DNA of 64,000 bases, from positions 3,072,001 to 3,136,000 of the forward strand of contig OZ241744.1 in the NCBI GenBank assembly GCA_965200965.1, written 5' to 3'. Positions within the stretch are counted from its first letter, which is position 1. Every line of letters starts with the position of its first letter. The position numbers and the translations under genes are program-made. The notes beneath the pieces are model-generated. The model was given only the letters and a program-made list of their open reading frames with translations, searched no databases and was not told where the DNA came from. Source of the stretch: an uncultured Candidatus Binatia bacterium (GTDB lineage Bacteria > Desulfobacterota > Binatia > Bin18). Positions 1 through 9,842 of the stretch are shown here, piece after piece.

Positions 1-139
1 TGCAAGAGCCTTCACGCAGGGAGGGAGTAGCTACCCGCCCATGGTGAATAGGCAGGGCCTCACCATATCCATGCTGATGTGAACACGGCCCGGCAACCCC
101 AAGCCGGTCGTGCTCACATTTCTATGGGGAGGAGGTTCT

Positions 140-736
140 ATGACGGATCAGGCAAAACGAGTGTTCATGATGGCAGTACTACTGGGGAGTTCCGGTCTGG
201 GCCTGACCAGTGGGTGTACCCGGGTCCCACCTCGGGTCCAGCTTGTTGCCTTCCCACCGGCGGCGTCGAACCGAGTGGGGGCTGGAGCATCGTTGCATCT
301 CATCGTAATGGATGACAGGGATCAAAGAACGGTCGGACAACGAGGGGTCGGGGCGATAGGGTCAGACATTACGCTCCGGACCTGATGAGCTATCTCACAC
401 GGCAAGTCACAAAAGGGTTTCAGGACCGGGGGGCCCTCCTCGTAAGTCAGGACAAAGCGGATGCCGCGCTCACCGTCTCCTTACGGTCCTTCCGGTGGGA
501 CATTCAAATGGGCTGCTGACAGGCGGGGAGGATATTTATGTCGCCCTGAAAGCAGAAGGACGGCAGGTCGTCACACAAAAAGAACTCACAGGATCTACCA
601 ATATGCTAACGAAATGCGGGCGATCTTTGTGGCGCACGGGTCGGAGATTAGCGAAAAGATGGACGCGGGTTTATCCCATGTGCTCAAACGGTTGTTCACG
701 GATGAACAATTCCTGCGGTTTCTTGCTGGAAAATAG
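140..736 (+). pseudogene. YajG-like lipoprotein with about 3 frameshifts
   Basis: GGAGG RBS then ATG at 140; lipobox-like LTSGC; DDRDQRTVGQRG motif. A coherent protein continues across frames near 370, 510 and 570-595 and ends FTDEQFLRFLAGK*. Confidence 0.6.
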
Positions 737-783
737 CCGTGTCCATGCAGGCTATGCTTGTGTGAGGGGTCGTCAAGTTTGGT

Positions 784-1743
784 CTATAATTCCCCTTCCA
801 GAAGAGCGGTCAGCTTGCCGACCGCACTGCGCCCGGGCTGGCGCGCCCAGCCGGCGGCAACCCCGGCTTTGCCTCCCACCGCGGCGAGCCCAACCCGGCC
901 AAGCTCATAGCGCAACTCGCTGACAGCCCAGGCGATTTCCTGCTCTGCCCGTCGTGAGCCGAGCGTCCCCTTTGCCTGGAGATAGTGGTAGTGGTCAGCA
1001 ATGGTCGTGTCCAGCCGGTCAAGGTTCAGCTTGCTCAGTGCGCTGACGGCCAGGACCGGACTTGACCACCCAGCCGAACCCGGCTCCAGCGCCAACGCAG
1101 CCCTGACCTCAGCCACGGCCCTGTCGGCCAGGGCTGCGTCGTCGGCCTTATTGACAGCCAGGATATCGGGAATTTCCATCACCCCGGCTTTGATGAACTG
1201 CAACACATCGCCGGAGAAGGGCTGGACGACGAGCACCACCGTATCGGCAATGTTCGCAATGTCGGTCTCACTCTGGCCAACGCCGACCGTTTCGACCAGC
1301 ACCACATCACAGAGATGACGCAACAGAAAAACGGCCAGAAACGCCTCCCGGCTCAGCCCGCCCAGCCGGTCGCGGGCGGCAAAGCTGCGGGCATACACCG
1401 AGGCCGCAGGGGAAAGGCCCAGCCGGCTGCGGTCGCCCAGCAGCGCCCCCCCGGAAACCTTGCTCGACGGGTCAATCGCCACAACGCCGAGCCGCCGCCC
1501 GGCCTGAACCGAGCATGCGATCAGATGCGCAGTCAAGGAGCTTTTGCCAACCCCGGGCGGGCCGGTCATCCCGACGATGTGGGCCGGGGCCGGCAGGGCC
1601 GCCAACTCATCCAGCAGCGCCAGAGCGCGCTCATGGTGTGCGGGGCGGCGGTCTTCAAGCAGATTGAGAGCGGCTGCTATGGCTTGGCGATCAAAATTCA
1701 GCAGGGCTTGGCGGTCAATGAGAGGGACAGGAGGAGTGCGCAT
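784..1743 (-). CDS. meaB: Methylmalonyl-CoA mutase-associated GTPase MeaB/ArgK
   Basis: GPPGVGKS, AIDPSS, GALLGDR, ETVGVGQSE and NKAD motifs; next to a B12-dependent mutase. Confidence 0.93.
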   Translation of the reverse strand: MRTPPVPLIDRQALLNFDRQAIAAALNLLEDRRPAHHERALALLDELAALPAPAHIVGMTGPPGVGKSSLTAHLIACSVQAGRRLGVVAIDPSSKVSGGALLGDRSRLGLSPAASVYARSFAARDRLGGLSREAFLAVFLLRHLCDVVLVETVGVGQSETDIANIADTVVLVVQPFSGDVLQFIKAGVMEIPDILAVNKADDAALADRAVAEVRAALALEPGSAGWSSPVLAVSALSKLNLDRLDTTIADHYHYLQAKGTLGSRRAEQEIAWAVSELRYELGRVGLAAVGGKAGVAAGWARQPGRSAVGKLTALLEGEL

Positions 1744-1809
1744 ATTCAGAGTCCTCCTCAAAATCTTCCTTGTAAAAACCCTGGAGCAGAATGCAATGAC
1801 GCCAGCGGT

Positions 1810-1993
1810 ATGGGGAGGGAACGGCGAAAAACCCTGGTGACAATTCTCATCAAGGCAGGAAAGTTTACAACAGGTGGATTGGTCGTTGGCTATTTTGTCG
1901 TGTCACGGCCTATCAGCGCTTTCACCGCTATCTGGGGGGAGGGTTTTCGCCTTGGCCTGTTTTGCTTTGGCCGTCCTCATTTCTTGGGAGTAA
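1810..1993 (+). pseudogene. Small two-TM membrane protein, frameshifted in a G6 tract
   Basis: MGRERRKTLVTILIKAG...TAIWG; removing one G at 1934-1939 gives RVFALACFALAVLISWE*. Confidence 0.5.
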
Positions 1994-1997
1994 CACT

Positions 1998-2099
1998 ATG
2001 GATGTCATGGGTTATATTTTTATGGCTGGCACAGTGATCGTCCTGATCGTTGGCGGATGGGTACTCTACCAGGACCGTACCCAGCGTGAGTCCGAATAG
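1998..2099 (+). CDS. 33-aa single-TM microprotein
   Basis: GGGAG RBS, MDVMGYIFMAGTVIVLIVGGWVLYQDRTQRESE*; starts 4 nt after the previous stop; below the ORF-track cutoff. Confidence 0.55.
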   Translation: MDVMGYIFMAGTVIVLIVGGWVLYQDRTQRESE

Positions 2100-2135
2100 T
2101 GTCTGTCCCGTTTTTGGCAGGCAGCCCGGACGGGT

Positions 2136-4106
2136 TTACCGCTCCGCGGCTTCGGCCACCTCGACCAGGTCCGACACAATCCGCACCATCTCAAAGTCCT
2201 TGGGCGTGTACACGCGCGCTACGCCAGCCCGCCGCAAGGACTCGGCGTCGTCCTCAGGAATAATCCCGCCGACCACAACCGGCACCTCGTCAAGCCCCTC
2301 GGCTTTGAGGCCGTCAAGAATCTCCGGCACCAGGCGCAGGTGTGAGCCGGACAGGATGCTCAGGCCAATGACATGTACGCCTTCATCCCGGGCGCTGGCA
2401 ACGATCTGCTCCGGGGTGAGCCGAATCCCCTCATACACGACTTCCATCCCGGCGTCCCGGCACCACACCGCCACCTGCTCGGCCCCGTTGGAATGCCCGT
2501 CCAGGCCAGGCTTGCCGACCAGCACCTTGAGCGGCCGGCCCAGGACCTCGGCCGAGCCGCGGACCCGCTCACGCATGACTTGCATCTGCTCAACCCCGGC
2601 ATCCTGGCGTGCCGCGGGCGCAGCGCCAAGGCCGGTCGGGGCACGAAACGCGCCAAAGATAGACCGCAGCGTGTCGCTCCACTCGCCGGTGGTCACGCCA
2701 GCGTGGGCGCAACGGATTGAGGCCGGCATCAGGTTTGTCCCGCCGGTCGCCCCGTCGGCCAGACTGGCCAGGGCGGCATTGACCTCAGCTTGGTTGCGGG
2801 CCGCCCGAAAGGCGCGCAGACGCTCAATCTGATCGCGTTCTGCGGCTTCATCCACCTTGAGAATAGAGGACGACTCCCCGCTGTACAGGGGCGAGGGCGC
2901 GGTCTCAGTAAAGGCATTCACCCCGACGACGATCTGCTCCCTGGCGTTAATCCGCCGCACCCGCTCGGTATGACTGGCCACCAGCTGCTCCTTGATGGAG
3001 TCCAGGGCGGCAATCACCCCGCCCATGTCCAGCACCCGCCCCAGCTCCTGGCCGGCCGCGGTCTTCAGCGCGGCGGTCTTCCGTTCAATGACCGTGCTGC
3101 CCTCAAAGATATCCCCGTACTCCAGAAGGTCGGTCTCAAAGGCCAGGATTTGCTGAATCCGTAAACTCCACTGCTGGTCCCACGGTCGTGGCAGCCCCAG
3201 GGCCTCATTCCAGGTCGGGAGTTGCAGGGCCCGGCAGCGGGCGTCTTTGCTGAGGGTCACACCCAGGGCCTCCAGGACAATCCGGGGAACATTGTTCTCG
3301 GGTTGGGCCTCGGTCAGCCCCAGGGAGTTGACCTGCACGCCGTAGCGAAAGCGGCGCAGCTTTGGCTCGGTCACGCCGTAGCGGTCACGCGCCAGCTCGT
3401 CCCACAACTGGCCAAAGGCACGCAGCTTGCACACCTCCTCAATGAAGCGCACGCTGGCATTGACAAAGAAGCTCACCCGGCCCACCGCCGTGGCCAGTTG
3501 CCCGGGGCTGAGCTGGCCGGAGTCACGCACCGTATCAAGAATGGCGACCGCGGTGCTGAGCGCATAGGCCACCTCCTGGACCGGCGTCGCCCCGGCTTCC
3601 TGCAAATGGTAGGAACACACGTTGACCGGGTTCCACTTGGGTACCTGGGCCACCGTGTAGGTCATGACATCGCTGATCAGACGCAGGCTTGGCCGGGGCG
3701 GAAAAATATACGTCCCGCGCGACAGATATTCCTTGACAATATCGTTCTGGGTCGTGCCCTGAAGGGACGCCGGGGCCACGCCCTGACGCTCGGCCAGGGC
3801 GATGTAGAGGGCCAGCAGCCAGGCCGCGGTGGCGTTGATCGTCATTGAGGTGTTCATCTGGCCGAGCGGGATTTTGTGGAACAGGGCCTCCATATCGTTC
3901 AGATGACAGACCGGCACGCCGACCTTGCCGACCTCGCCCCGGGCCAGAGGGTGGTCGCTGTCATAGCCGGTCTGGGTCGGCAGGTCGAAGGCCACCGACA
4001 AGCCGGTCTGACCCTTGCTGAGGTTCAGCCGGTACAGGTCATTGCTGGCCTTGGCCGTGGAGTGACCGGAGTAGGTCCGCATGACCCAGGGTTTGTCTCG
4101 TGACAT
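2136..4106 (-). CDS. ecm: Ethylmalonyl-CoA mutase (MeaA/Ecm)
   Basis: [12 protein letters not shown]-terminus typical of MeaA; [11 protein letters not shown]; B12-binding [11 protein letters not shown]; 656 aa. Confidence 0.92.
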   Translation of the reverse strand: MSRDKPWVMRTYSGHSTAKASNDLYRLNLSKGQTGLSVAFDLPTQTGYDSDHPLARGEVGKVGVPVCHLNDMEALFHKIPLGQMNTSMTINATAAWLLALYIALAERQGVAPASLQGTTQNDIVKEYLSRGTYIFPPRPSLRLISDVMTYTVAQVPKWNPVNVCSYHLQEAGATPVQEVAYALSTAVAILDTVRDSGQLSPGQLATAVGRVSFFVNASVRFIEEVCKLRAFGQLWDELARDRYGVTEPKLRRFRYGVQVNSLGLTEAQPENNVPRIVLEALGVTLSKDARCRALQLPTWNEALGLPRPWDQQWSLRIQQILAFETDLLEYGDIFEGSTVIERKTAALKTAAGQELGRVLDMGGVIAALDSIKEQLVASHTERVRRINAREQIVVGVNAFTETAPSPLYSGESSSILKVDEAAERDQIERLRAFRAARNQAEVNAALASLADGATGGTNLMPASIRCAHAGVTTGEWSDTLRSIFGAFRAPTGLGAAPAARQDAGVEQMQVMRERVRGSAEVLGRPLKVLVGKPGLDGHSNGAEQVAVWCRDAGMEVVYEGIRLTPEQIVASARDEGVHVIGLSILSGSHLRLVPEILDGLKAEGLDEVPVVVGGIIPEDDAESLRRAGVARVYTPKDFEMVRIVSDLVEVAEAAER

Positions 4107-4132
4107 CGGGCTTCTCCTTTGGCTGGGGCGGT

Positions 4133-4963
4133 CTAGCGAGACAGAAGTTGGAGCAGCACGCCGTGGGTATGTCTGGGGCTGATCATGGCCATCGGCCCGG
4201 CTGAGCCGTTGATCATCCTGGCCGGAATCCCGCCCTCGGCCAGGGTCTGGACCGCGCCCTCCAGATGATCGACATCCAGCGACAGCAGGTACAGGCCTTC
4301 GCCCTTGTTGTTGAGAAACTGCCCGATCGGGCTGGGGTCGCCCAGGGGGGTGACCATTTCTACTTTGGCACCCCCAATCGGCAAAAATGTATTACGCAGC
4401 CCCAGACCCGGCGCGTCCCTGGCCGCTTCCCGCTCCAGCCCGAAATGCTGCTGATAGGTCGCTACCGCGGCTTCGAGGTCCTTGACCGCAATCACCACAT
4501 GATCGAGCCGTTTGGCGCTGAAGCGCCGCTCGCGCCCCCGGCTCGGCAAGGAGTGTTCGGCATGACCGACCGGCTGGGCGTATTCGACCAGGACGCTGCA
4601 ACACGCCTGGGGGTGCAGAAAAGCGATCCTCCCGGCTAGGCCGGCCCGGGGCTGTTGGTCAATCAGCCGGATACCCTTGTCTTTGGCGTCTTGGAGTTCG
4701 ACTTCGATATTATCGGTCTCAAAACACAGGTGGTGCAGGCCGCCGCCCTTGTTGTCCAGGAATCGGGCCACCCCGGAATCTGGAGTTATCGGCTCAAGCA
4801 GCTCAATCTCACTCTCCCCAACGGGCAGCAGGGCGGCTTTGACGCCCTGGTCTGCTATGCGGGCCACCTTGCCCAGCGGCAGTCCGAGGGTATCGCGGTA
4901 AAAAGCATAGGCGTCCTCAAGATTGCGGACGACAATCCCGACATGGTGAATCTTTGACAGCAT
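4133..4963 (-). CDS. mce: Methylmalonyl/ethylmalonyl-CoA epimerase with tandem VOC domains
   Basis: IHHVGIVV, IELLEP, GGGLHHLCFE and FLHP motifs; second copy LDHVVIAV...GEGLY. Confidence 0.88.
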   Translation of the reverse strand: MLSKIHHVGIVVRNLEDAYAFYRDTLGLPLGKVARIADQGVKAALLPVGESEIELLEPITPDSGVARFLDNKGGGLHHLCFETDNIEVELQDAKDKGIRLIDQQPRAGLAGRIAFLHPQACCSVLVEYAQPVGHAEHSLPSRGRERRFSAKRLDHVVIAVKDLEAAVATYQQHFGLEREAARDAPGLGLRNTFLPIGGAKVEMVTPLGDPSPIGQFLNNKGEGLYLLSLDVDHLEGAVQTLAEGGIPARMINGSAGPMAMISPRHTHGVLLQLLSR

Positions 4964-4974
4964 GGCACGCTCTC

Positions 4975-6012
4975 CTAGCCGACCCGTTTCATCTGCTCCA
5001 GAATATTGTAGCCGGTAATGGCCTGGCTCTTGGCCGCCTGTGCGGCCAGATAGGACTGCTCAACCGTGCCGGCCTGGGCGGCTTTGGCCAGGTCCATCAG
5101 GGCAATCTTGATCGTCGCCTCGTCAATCATCTCACCGGTCTCGGGGTCGGGCATCGAGCCGCCACCCTTGCCGTGGTACAGGTCAAGGACCCGCATGGCG
5201 TAGCCGACCTGCTCCTCAGTCGGGGTAAAGCAGGCGTTGGCAATCGCCGCCTGCTGGGGGTGGATAACCCAGGTGCCATCCATGCCGATATTGGCCGAGC
5301 CGACATTCTTGTCGCGCAGGCCGGCTTCAATCTCGGCCACTTTTTCGGGCGGGTCGTCCCTGCGCCACAGCGGCAGATAGACATTATCAACGGCGTGCAG
5401 CCCGGCCGCTTTGGCCGCCACCACTACGGCCTGCTTGGAATAGTGAAAGTTGACGTTCTGGCCTTTGACAATCTCCCGAATCCCCAGCGTTGCCGCAAAG
5501 TCGGCAATGCCGAAGATCAGCCCGGCCATCCGGTCTGAGGCGCTGGCAATGTCGTAGGCCCTGACTACCGCCTGGGGGATTTCGATCAGCGACTCAAGCC
5601 GTACCCGGCTCTGCCAGCCGGCCTGTTTCTCCAGACTGTCAAGCAGCGTCGACACATATCTGATATCGTCCGGGCCGTGGACCTTGGGCAGGATGAGGCC
5701 GTGGAACTTGTCCACCGCCCCCAGCATGATCGCCTCAAGGTCTCCCAGAAAGAACTCCGAGCGGATGTTATTGGGCCGCACAGTCACGACTTTTTTGCCG
5801 AAATCCAGATTGTTGAGCGCCTCCACCACACAGTTCCGGCTCTGCGGGCCTTTGAACTCGTAGGGGCAGGCGTCCTCAAAGTCCATCATCACATGATCGA
5901 CCGGCGATTTGACCGGATCGGCCGCGTTCTGGTGGAGCTTCATACTGTGACCGGGATAGGTCATCTCGGTCCGCGGGATCACAAAACGCTTGCCTTCATC
6001 AAGCACAAACAT
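4975..6012 (-). CDS. mcl: CitE-family CoA-ester lyase, probably malyl-CoA/beta-methylmalyl-CoA lyase
   Basis: DFEDA, VRPN, LPKV, LIE, FGIADF and WVIHPQQ motifs; in an operon with mce and ecm. Confidence 0.8.
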   Translation of the reverse strand: MFVLDEGKRFVIPRTEMTYPGHSMKLHQNAADPVKSPVDHVMMDFEDACPYEFKGPQSRNCVVEALNNLDFGKKVVTVRPNNIRSEFFLGDLEAIMLGAVDKFHGLILPKVHGPDDIRYVSTLLDSLEKQAGWQSRVRLESLIEIPQAVVRAYDIASASDRMAGLIFGIADFAATLGIREIVKGQNVNFHYSKQAVVVAAKAAGLHAVDNVYLPLWRRDDPPEKVAEIEAGLRDKNVGSANIGMDGTWVIHPQQAAIANACFTPTEEQVGYAMRVLDLYHGKGGGSMPDPETGEMIDEATIKIALMDLAKAAQAGTVEQSYLAAQAAKSQAITGYNILEQMKRVG

Positions 6013-6105
6013 GGCGGCCTCCTCATCTGTCGAGAGTCACACGCGCTGTTTAGCAGATTCATGCCAGCTACCCAACTGCCCTAGCCCAGATTCGGAGGGG
6101 GTGGT

Positions 6106-7785
6106 ATGGCTGTGCAACCGAAGGAGACCCGCGCGAAGGAGACCCGTATGAGCGACGTACTGCGGCAGACCGAGACCATTGTAGACGCCCTGCAGAAAGT
6201 TCGCGACGAAGCCCTCCACTACGGCCGTAGCCTGACCAGCAACGGCACGGCCATTGACGAGCACCAGGTCCACGCCGAACGGCTGGCCTATCTGGCGACC
6301 GAGGTCGAAGCCGCCCAGGCCCTGCTCAGCTATGCCAAGGCCGCCAGCCAAAACGGCGACACCGGGGTCGGCGACAAGGCGCTCGGTTTTGCCGCCGAGG
6401 TCAGCCACAAGCTGATCGCCCAGGTTGATGTGCATCTGGCCGACTTTGGATTTTCCGAGGCCTTTGTGGCCGACACGCTGGGCAGTGCCACGGTCAAGGC
6501 GGCCATTCGCTCAGGCGCAAAAGAGGAGCGCTTTCGTCGCATCGGGCGGGCCGAGCTGGCCACGCAGGGTGCCAACAATTCGTGGCTGGAGAGCGACATC
6601 GGGCTGATGACGCGCGATTCGGTACGGCAGTTCGCCAAGACCGAAGTGGCCCCTCTTGCCGAAACCGTCCATCGCAACGACGCCCTCATCCCCGAGCGCA
6701 TTATCACCAGCATGGCCGAACTCGGCTATTTCGGCATGTCGGTCCCCGAAGAGTACGGCGGCGGCAACATGGGCAATCTGGCCATGATTCTTACCACCGA
6801 AGAGTTGTCCGCGGCCTCGCTCGGCGTAGCCGGCAGCCTGATTACCCGGCCCGAAATTCTCATCAAAGCCCTGCTGCGCGGCGGCACCCCGGTCCAGAAG
6901 CAGCAATGGCTGCCACCGGTTGCGGCCGGACGCCTGATGGTCGCCATTTCAGTCACCGAGCCTGATACCGGCTCGGATGTGGCCTCGGTGGTGTGCCGAG
7001 CCGAGCCGGCCACGGTCGGCGGCAAGACCGGCTATGTCCTGAACGGCGCAAAAGCGTGGTGTACGTTTGCCGGGCGGGCCGATATCATCGCCCTGTTGGC
7101 CCGGACCGACCCTGACATGCGCTCTCGGGCGCGGGGTCTGTCGCTGTTCATTGTTGAGAAAGACGCTTTTGACGGACATACATTTGAGATGATACAGCCC
7201 ACCGGTGGAGTGATGCGGGGTGACGCAATCCCGACCCTGGGCTACCGGGGCATGCACTCGTATGTGCTGAACTGCGACAAGTACTTTGTGCCGGCTGAAA
7301 ATCTGGTGGGCGAAGAAGCCGGGCTGAACAGAGGCTTTTATCTGCAAATGGCGGGCTTTGCCGCGGGACGCTTACAGACCGGCGGGCGGGCCACCGGCCT
7401 GGCCCAGGCCGCCTTGGAAGTCAGCGCCGCCTATGCCGGCGAGCGCAAGCAGTTCGGAGCCGCGCTGGGCAACTTTCAGCTTACCCAGTACAAGCTGGGC
7501 CGTATGGCCAGCCACTTGGCCGCGGCCCGGCAACTGACTTATGCCGCGGCCCCGGCTATGGACAAGGACGAGTCGGCCAGCCTGACCGCGGCTATGGCCA
7601 AGCTGCTGGCCTGTGACGTGGCTGTGTGGGTCAGCCAGGAGGGCCAGTTGATACACGGCGGCTGGGGCTATGGCGAGGAGTACGCCATCTCACGCTATGT
7701 GGTGGACGCCCTGGTGCTGCCGATCTTTGAAGGCGTCAAGCCGGTGCTGGAACTCAAGGTCATTGCCAGAACCTTGCTGGCCTAG
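6106..7785 (+). CDS. mcd: Acyl-CoA dehydrogenase, probably (2S)-methylsuccinyl-CoA dehydrogenase
   Basis: About 550 aa ACAD with N-terminal extension; GSLITRPEI, TEPDTGSD, LGYRGM, IHGGWGY, IFEG; alternative start at 6148; pathway context. Confidence 0.82.
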   Translation: MAVQPKETRAKETRMSDVLRQTETIVDALQKVRDEALHYGRSLTSNGTAIDEHQVHAERLAYLATEVEAAQALLSYAKAASQNGDTGVGDKALGFAAEVSHKLIAQVDVHLADFGFSEAFVADTLGSATVKAAIRSGAKEERFRRIGRAELATQGANNSWLESDIGLMTRDSVRQFAKTEVAPLAETVHRNDALIPERIITSMAELGYFGMSVPEEYGGGNMGNLAMILTTEELSAASLGVAGSLITRPEILIKALLRGGTPVQKQQWLPPVAAGRLMVAISVTEPDTGSDVASVVCRAEPATVGGKTGYVLNGAKAWCTFAGRADIIALLARTDPDMRSRARGLSLFIVEKDAFDGHTFEMIQPTGGVMRGDAIPTLGYRGMHSYVLNCDKYFVPAENLVGEEAGLNRGFYLQMAGFAAGRLQTGGRATGLAQAALEVSAAYAGERKQFGAALGNFQLTQYKLGRMASHLAAARQLTYAAAPAMDKDESASLTAAMAKLLACDVAVWVSQEGQLIHGGWGYGEEYAISRYVVDALVLPIFEGVKPVLELKVIARTLLA

Positions 7786-7803
7786 CGTCGGGCACTCTCG
7801 CTG

Positions 7804-8101
7804 TCAGGCCGCCCCGCGCTGGGCGGTAATGGCCTCGCGCAAGCCGTCAAGCAGGCCTTCGAGATGGGCTAGGCGCTCGCGGAGTTTGACCTGCTGCTGC
7901 TCGAGAGCAGTGAACCGTTGGCCAAAGTCCCGGCGCAACTCTGCCAATTCCGCCCCAAAGTCCCGGCGCAACTCCGCCAATTCCCTGCGCTGGGCCGCCA
8001 ACTCCGCCCGGAGGGTCCGTTGGCTGGTCAGGATCAGGCCGGCCAGGGTCAGCCCAACAGCACCGACGGCAATCAAGACACTGAATCAATTCGAGACCCA
8101 T
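7804..8101 (-). pseudogene. Small TM plus coiled-coil protein with a 1-bp insertion after codon 6
   Basis: ATG at 8101 MGLELI, then shifted SVLIAVGAVGLTLAGLILTSQ...; heptad repeats. Confidence 0.55.
7922..7984. repeat. 33-bp-period tandem repeat (ELAELRRDFG x2)
   Basis: ccaaagtcccggcgcaactcYgccaattcc at 7922 and 7955. Confidence 0.9.
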
Positions 8102-8108
8102 AGAGCAC

Positions 8109-9632
8109 TCAGGGGACAGAGAGCGCCAGGCGAAAGCCCAGGTAGCTGTCCCGGTCGTCCGGCTCACCAACCCCGCGAAATGTCGCCCGGCACTGGTCAG
8201 CGGAATGGGCTAGGCCGCCGCCGCGAATCACCCGATATTTGCCCTCCGGAGGACCCTGGGGGTCGCGCACAGGTTCGGACGGGTAGGCCCCATACCAGTC
8301 CGCCACCCACTCCCACACATTCCCGTGCAGGTCATACAGGCCCCAGTCGTTGGGTTGCTTGCCGCCCACCGGGTGGGACTCTCTTCCAGAGTTGGCCTCG
8401 TACCAGGCATACGTCCCTAAGCGCCGGTTTATATTCCCAAAGTGGTAGGCAGTCTGCGTTCCGGCCCGGGCTGCGTACTCCCATTCCGCTTCGGTCGGCA
8501 GCCGGTATAATGCCCCTTCCTCCTGGGCGTTCAGCCTCCCAATAAAGGTCTGAACATTCTCCCACGACACACGCTCGACCGGGCACATGAAGCAGTTGGA
8601 GAAGCGCGACGGATTACTGCCCATCACTTGGCGCCACTGGGCTTGAGTCACTTCGTATTTTCCCAGATAAAACGCCCGGCTGATCGTCACTTGATGGACC
8701 GGCTTTTCCCCCGGAGCGCCGTCGTCGGCCCCCATCTGAAACTCGCCCGGCTGAATACGCACAAACTCCATGCCGAGGCTGTTGGTGAACTCGGGACTCA
8801 TGGCGAAGGTGGCCCGCTCACGGACCGCCCGTTCGGCCATCTCGCGTTGTCGTTGGACCGCTTCCGCCTCAGCTTCCCGTTGCCGGCGCGCCTCCTCGGC
8901 CGCGGCCTGTTGCCGGCGTGCTTCTTCCGCCGCGGCCTGCTCCGCGGCTTCCCGTTGCTGGCGCGCCTCTTCGGCCGCGGCCCGCTCGGCCGCTGCGCGC
9001 TGTCGTTGTGCTTCTTCGGCGGCCGCCTGTTGCTGGCGCGCTTCTTCGGCGGCCGCTTGCTCGGCCACCTCCTGTTGTCGGCGCTGTTCTCCGGCCCGCT
9101 CTGCGGCCTCCCGCTCGCGCTGTTGCTCTTCGGCCCGCAGACGCTCTGCGGCCTCCCGCTCGTACTGCTCGGCTGTCCACGCCTGCGCTATCAGCCTGTC
9201 GGCCTGGGTGCGTGTCAAAAAGCCCGTCGCTTCAAAGCCCTCAGCCGCCTGCCATGCCTGCAAGGCATGTCGGGTGGCCGGCCCGAACAGCCCGTCTGCC
9301 AACTCCACCGAGTAGTTGAGCGACACAAGCCCCCGCTGGACCCTGACCCGCTCCTCCCGGTCCAACCCCAGCCCCCATTCCAGACATATCCGGGCCGCGG
9401 CCACATACGCCCCGTTTGGGTAGATTCGCAGATAGGCCTGCACCTCGTCCTCTCTCTCACAATTCACGCTGCCCCAGAAGGCATCCTCAATCTCCCGCCC
9501 GGCTTGACCTCGAACCACAGTCGGCACAACTAGCGGCAACACCAGCAGCAACAGGAGAATCATCCCGCCGCCTGTCCATCGAGCCCGCCGGCCACGCTGC
9601 CGCGCATCGCATCTCGCTGTTGACCCCGCCAT
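8109..9632 (-). CDS. Secreted PG-binding / coiled-coil / FGE-sulfatase (SUMF1-like) domain protein
   Basis: Hydrophobic leader; ADGLFGPATR (PG-binding); AAEEARRQ repeats; RLPTEAEWEYAAR, GLYDLHGNVWEW, GFRLA; start uncertain (9632 or 9563). Confidence 0.85.
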   Translation of the reverse strand: MAGSTARCDARQRGRRARWTGGGMILLLLLVLPLVVPTVVRGQAGREIEDAFWGSVNCEREDEVQAYLRIYPNGAYVAAARICLEWGLGLDREERVRVQRGLVSLNYSVELADGLFGPATRHALQAWQAAEGFEATGFLTRTQADRLIAQAWTAEQYEREAAERLRAEEQQREREAAERAGEQRRQQEVAEQAAAEEARQQQAAAEEAQRQRAAAERAAAEEARQQREAAEQAAAEEARRQQAAAEEARRQREAEAEAVQRQREMAERAVRERATFAMSPEFTNSLGMEFVRIQPGEFQMGADDGAPGEKPVHQVTISRAFYLGKYEVTQAQWRQVMGSNPSRFSNCFMCPVERVSWENVQTFIGRLNAQEEGALYRLPTEAEWEYAARAGTQTAYHFGNINRRLGTYAWYEANSGRESHPVGGKQPNDWGLYDLHGNVWEWVADWYGAYPSEPVRDPQGPPEGKYRVIRGGGLAHSADQCRATFRGVGEPDDRDSYLGFRLALSVP

Positions 9633-9842
9633 CAATTCACATATCCTTTCCGAACCTGGGACCCTGGGCAGGAAGGTGGATGTTGTCAGCTCATGTTTTC
9701 GCCGACATGGGGGGTTATTCAACGCACGCCGGCCAGAAATGTCAAGTGACATGCACGGTGTATGAGTGACGCTGGCGAGGAGAGGGAGCAAGCAAAGCCG
9801 CGGGACCTTGGCCACTTCTGGATGTCCTGGCACTCGGGGTCC

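Noticed and set aside
6120-6146. 12-bp direct repeat gaaggagacccg at the mcd start
   Set aside because: A short duplication of the RBS region that only makes the start codon ambiguous.
8800-9200. AAEEARRQ repeats as a non-coding repeat array
   Set aside because: They are degenerate coding repeats of a charged helical stalk.
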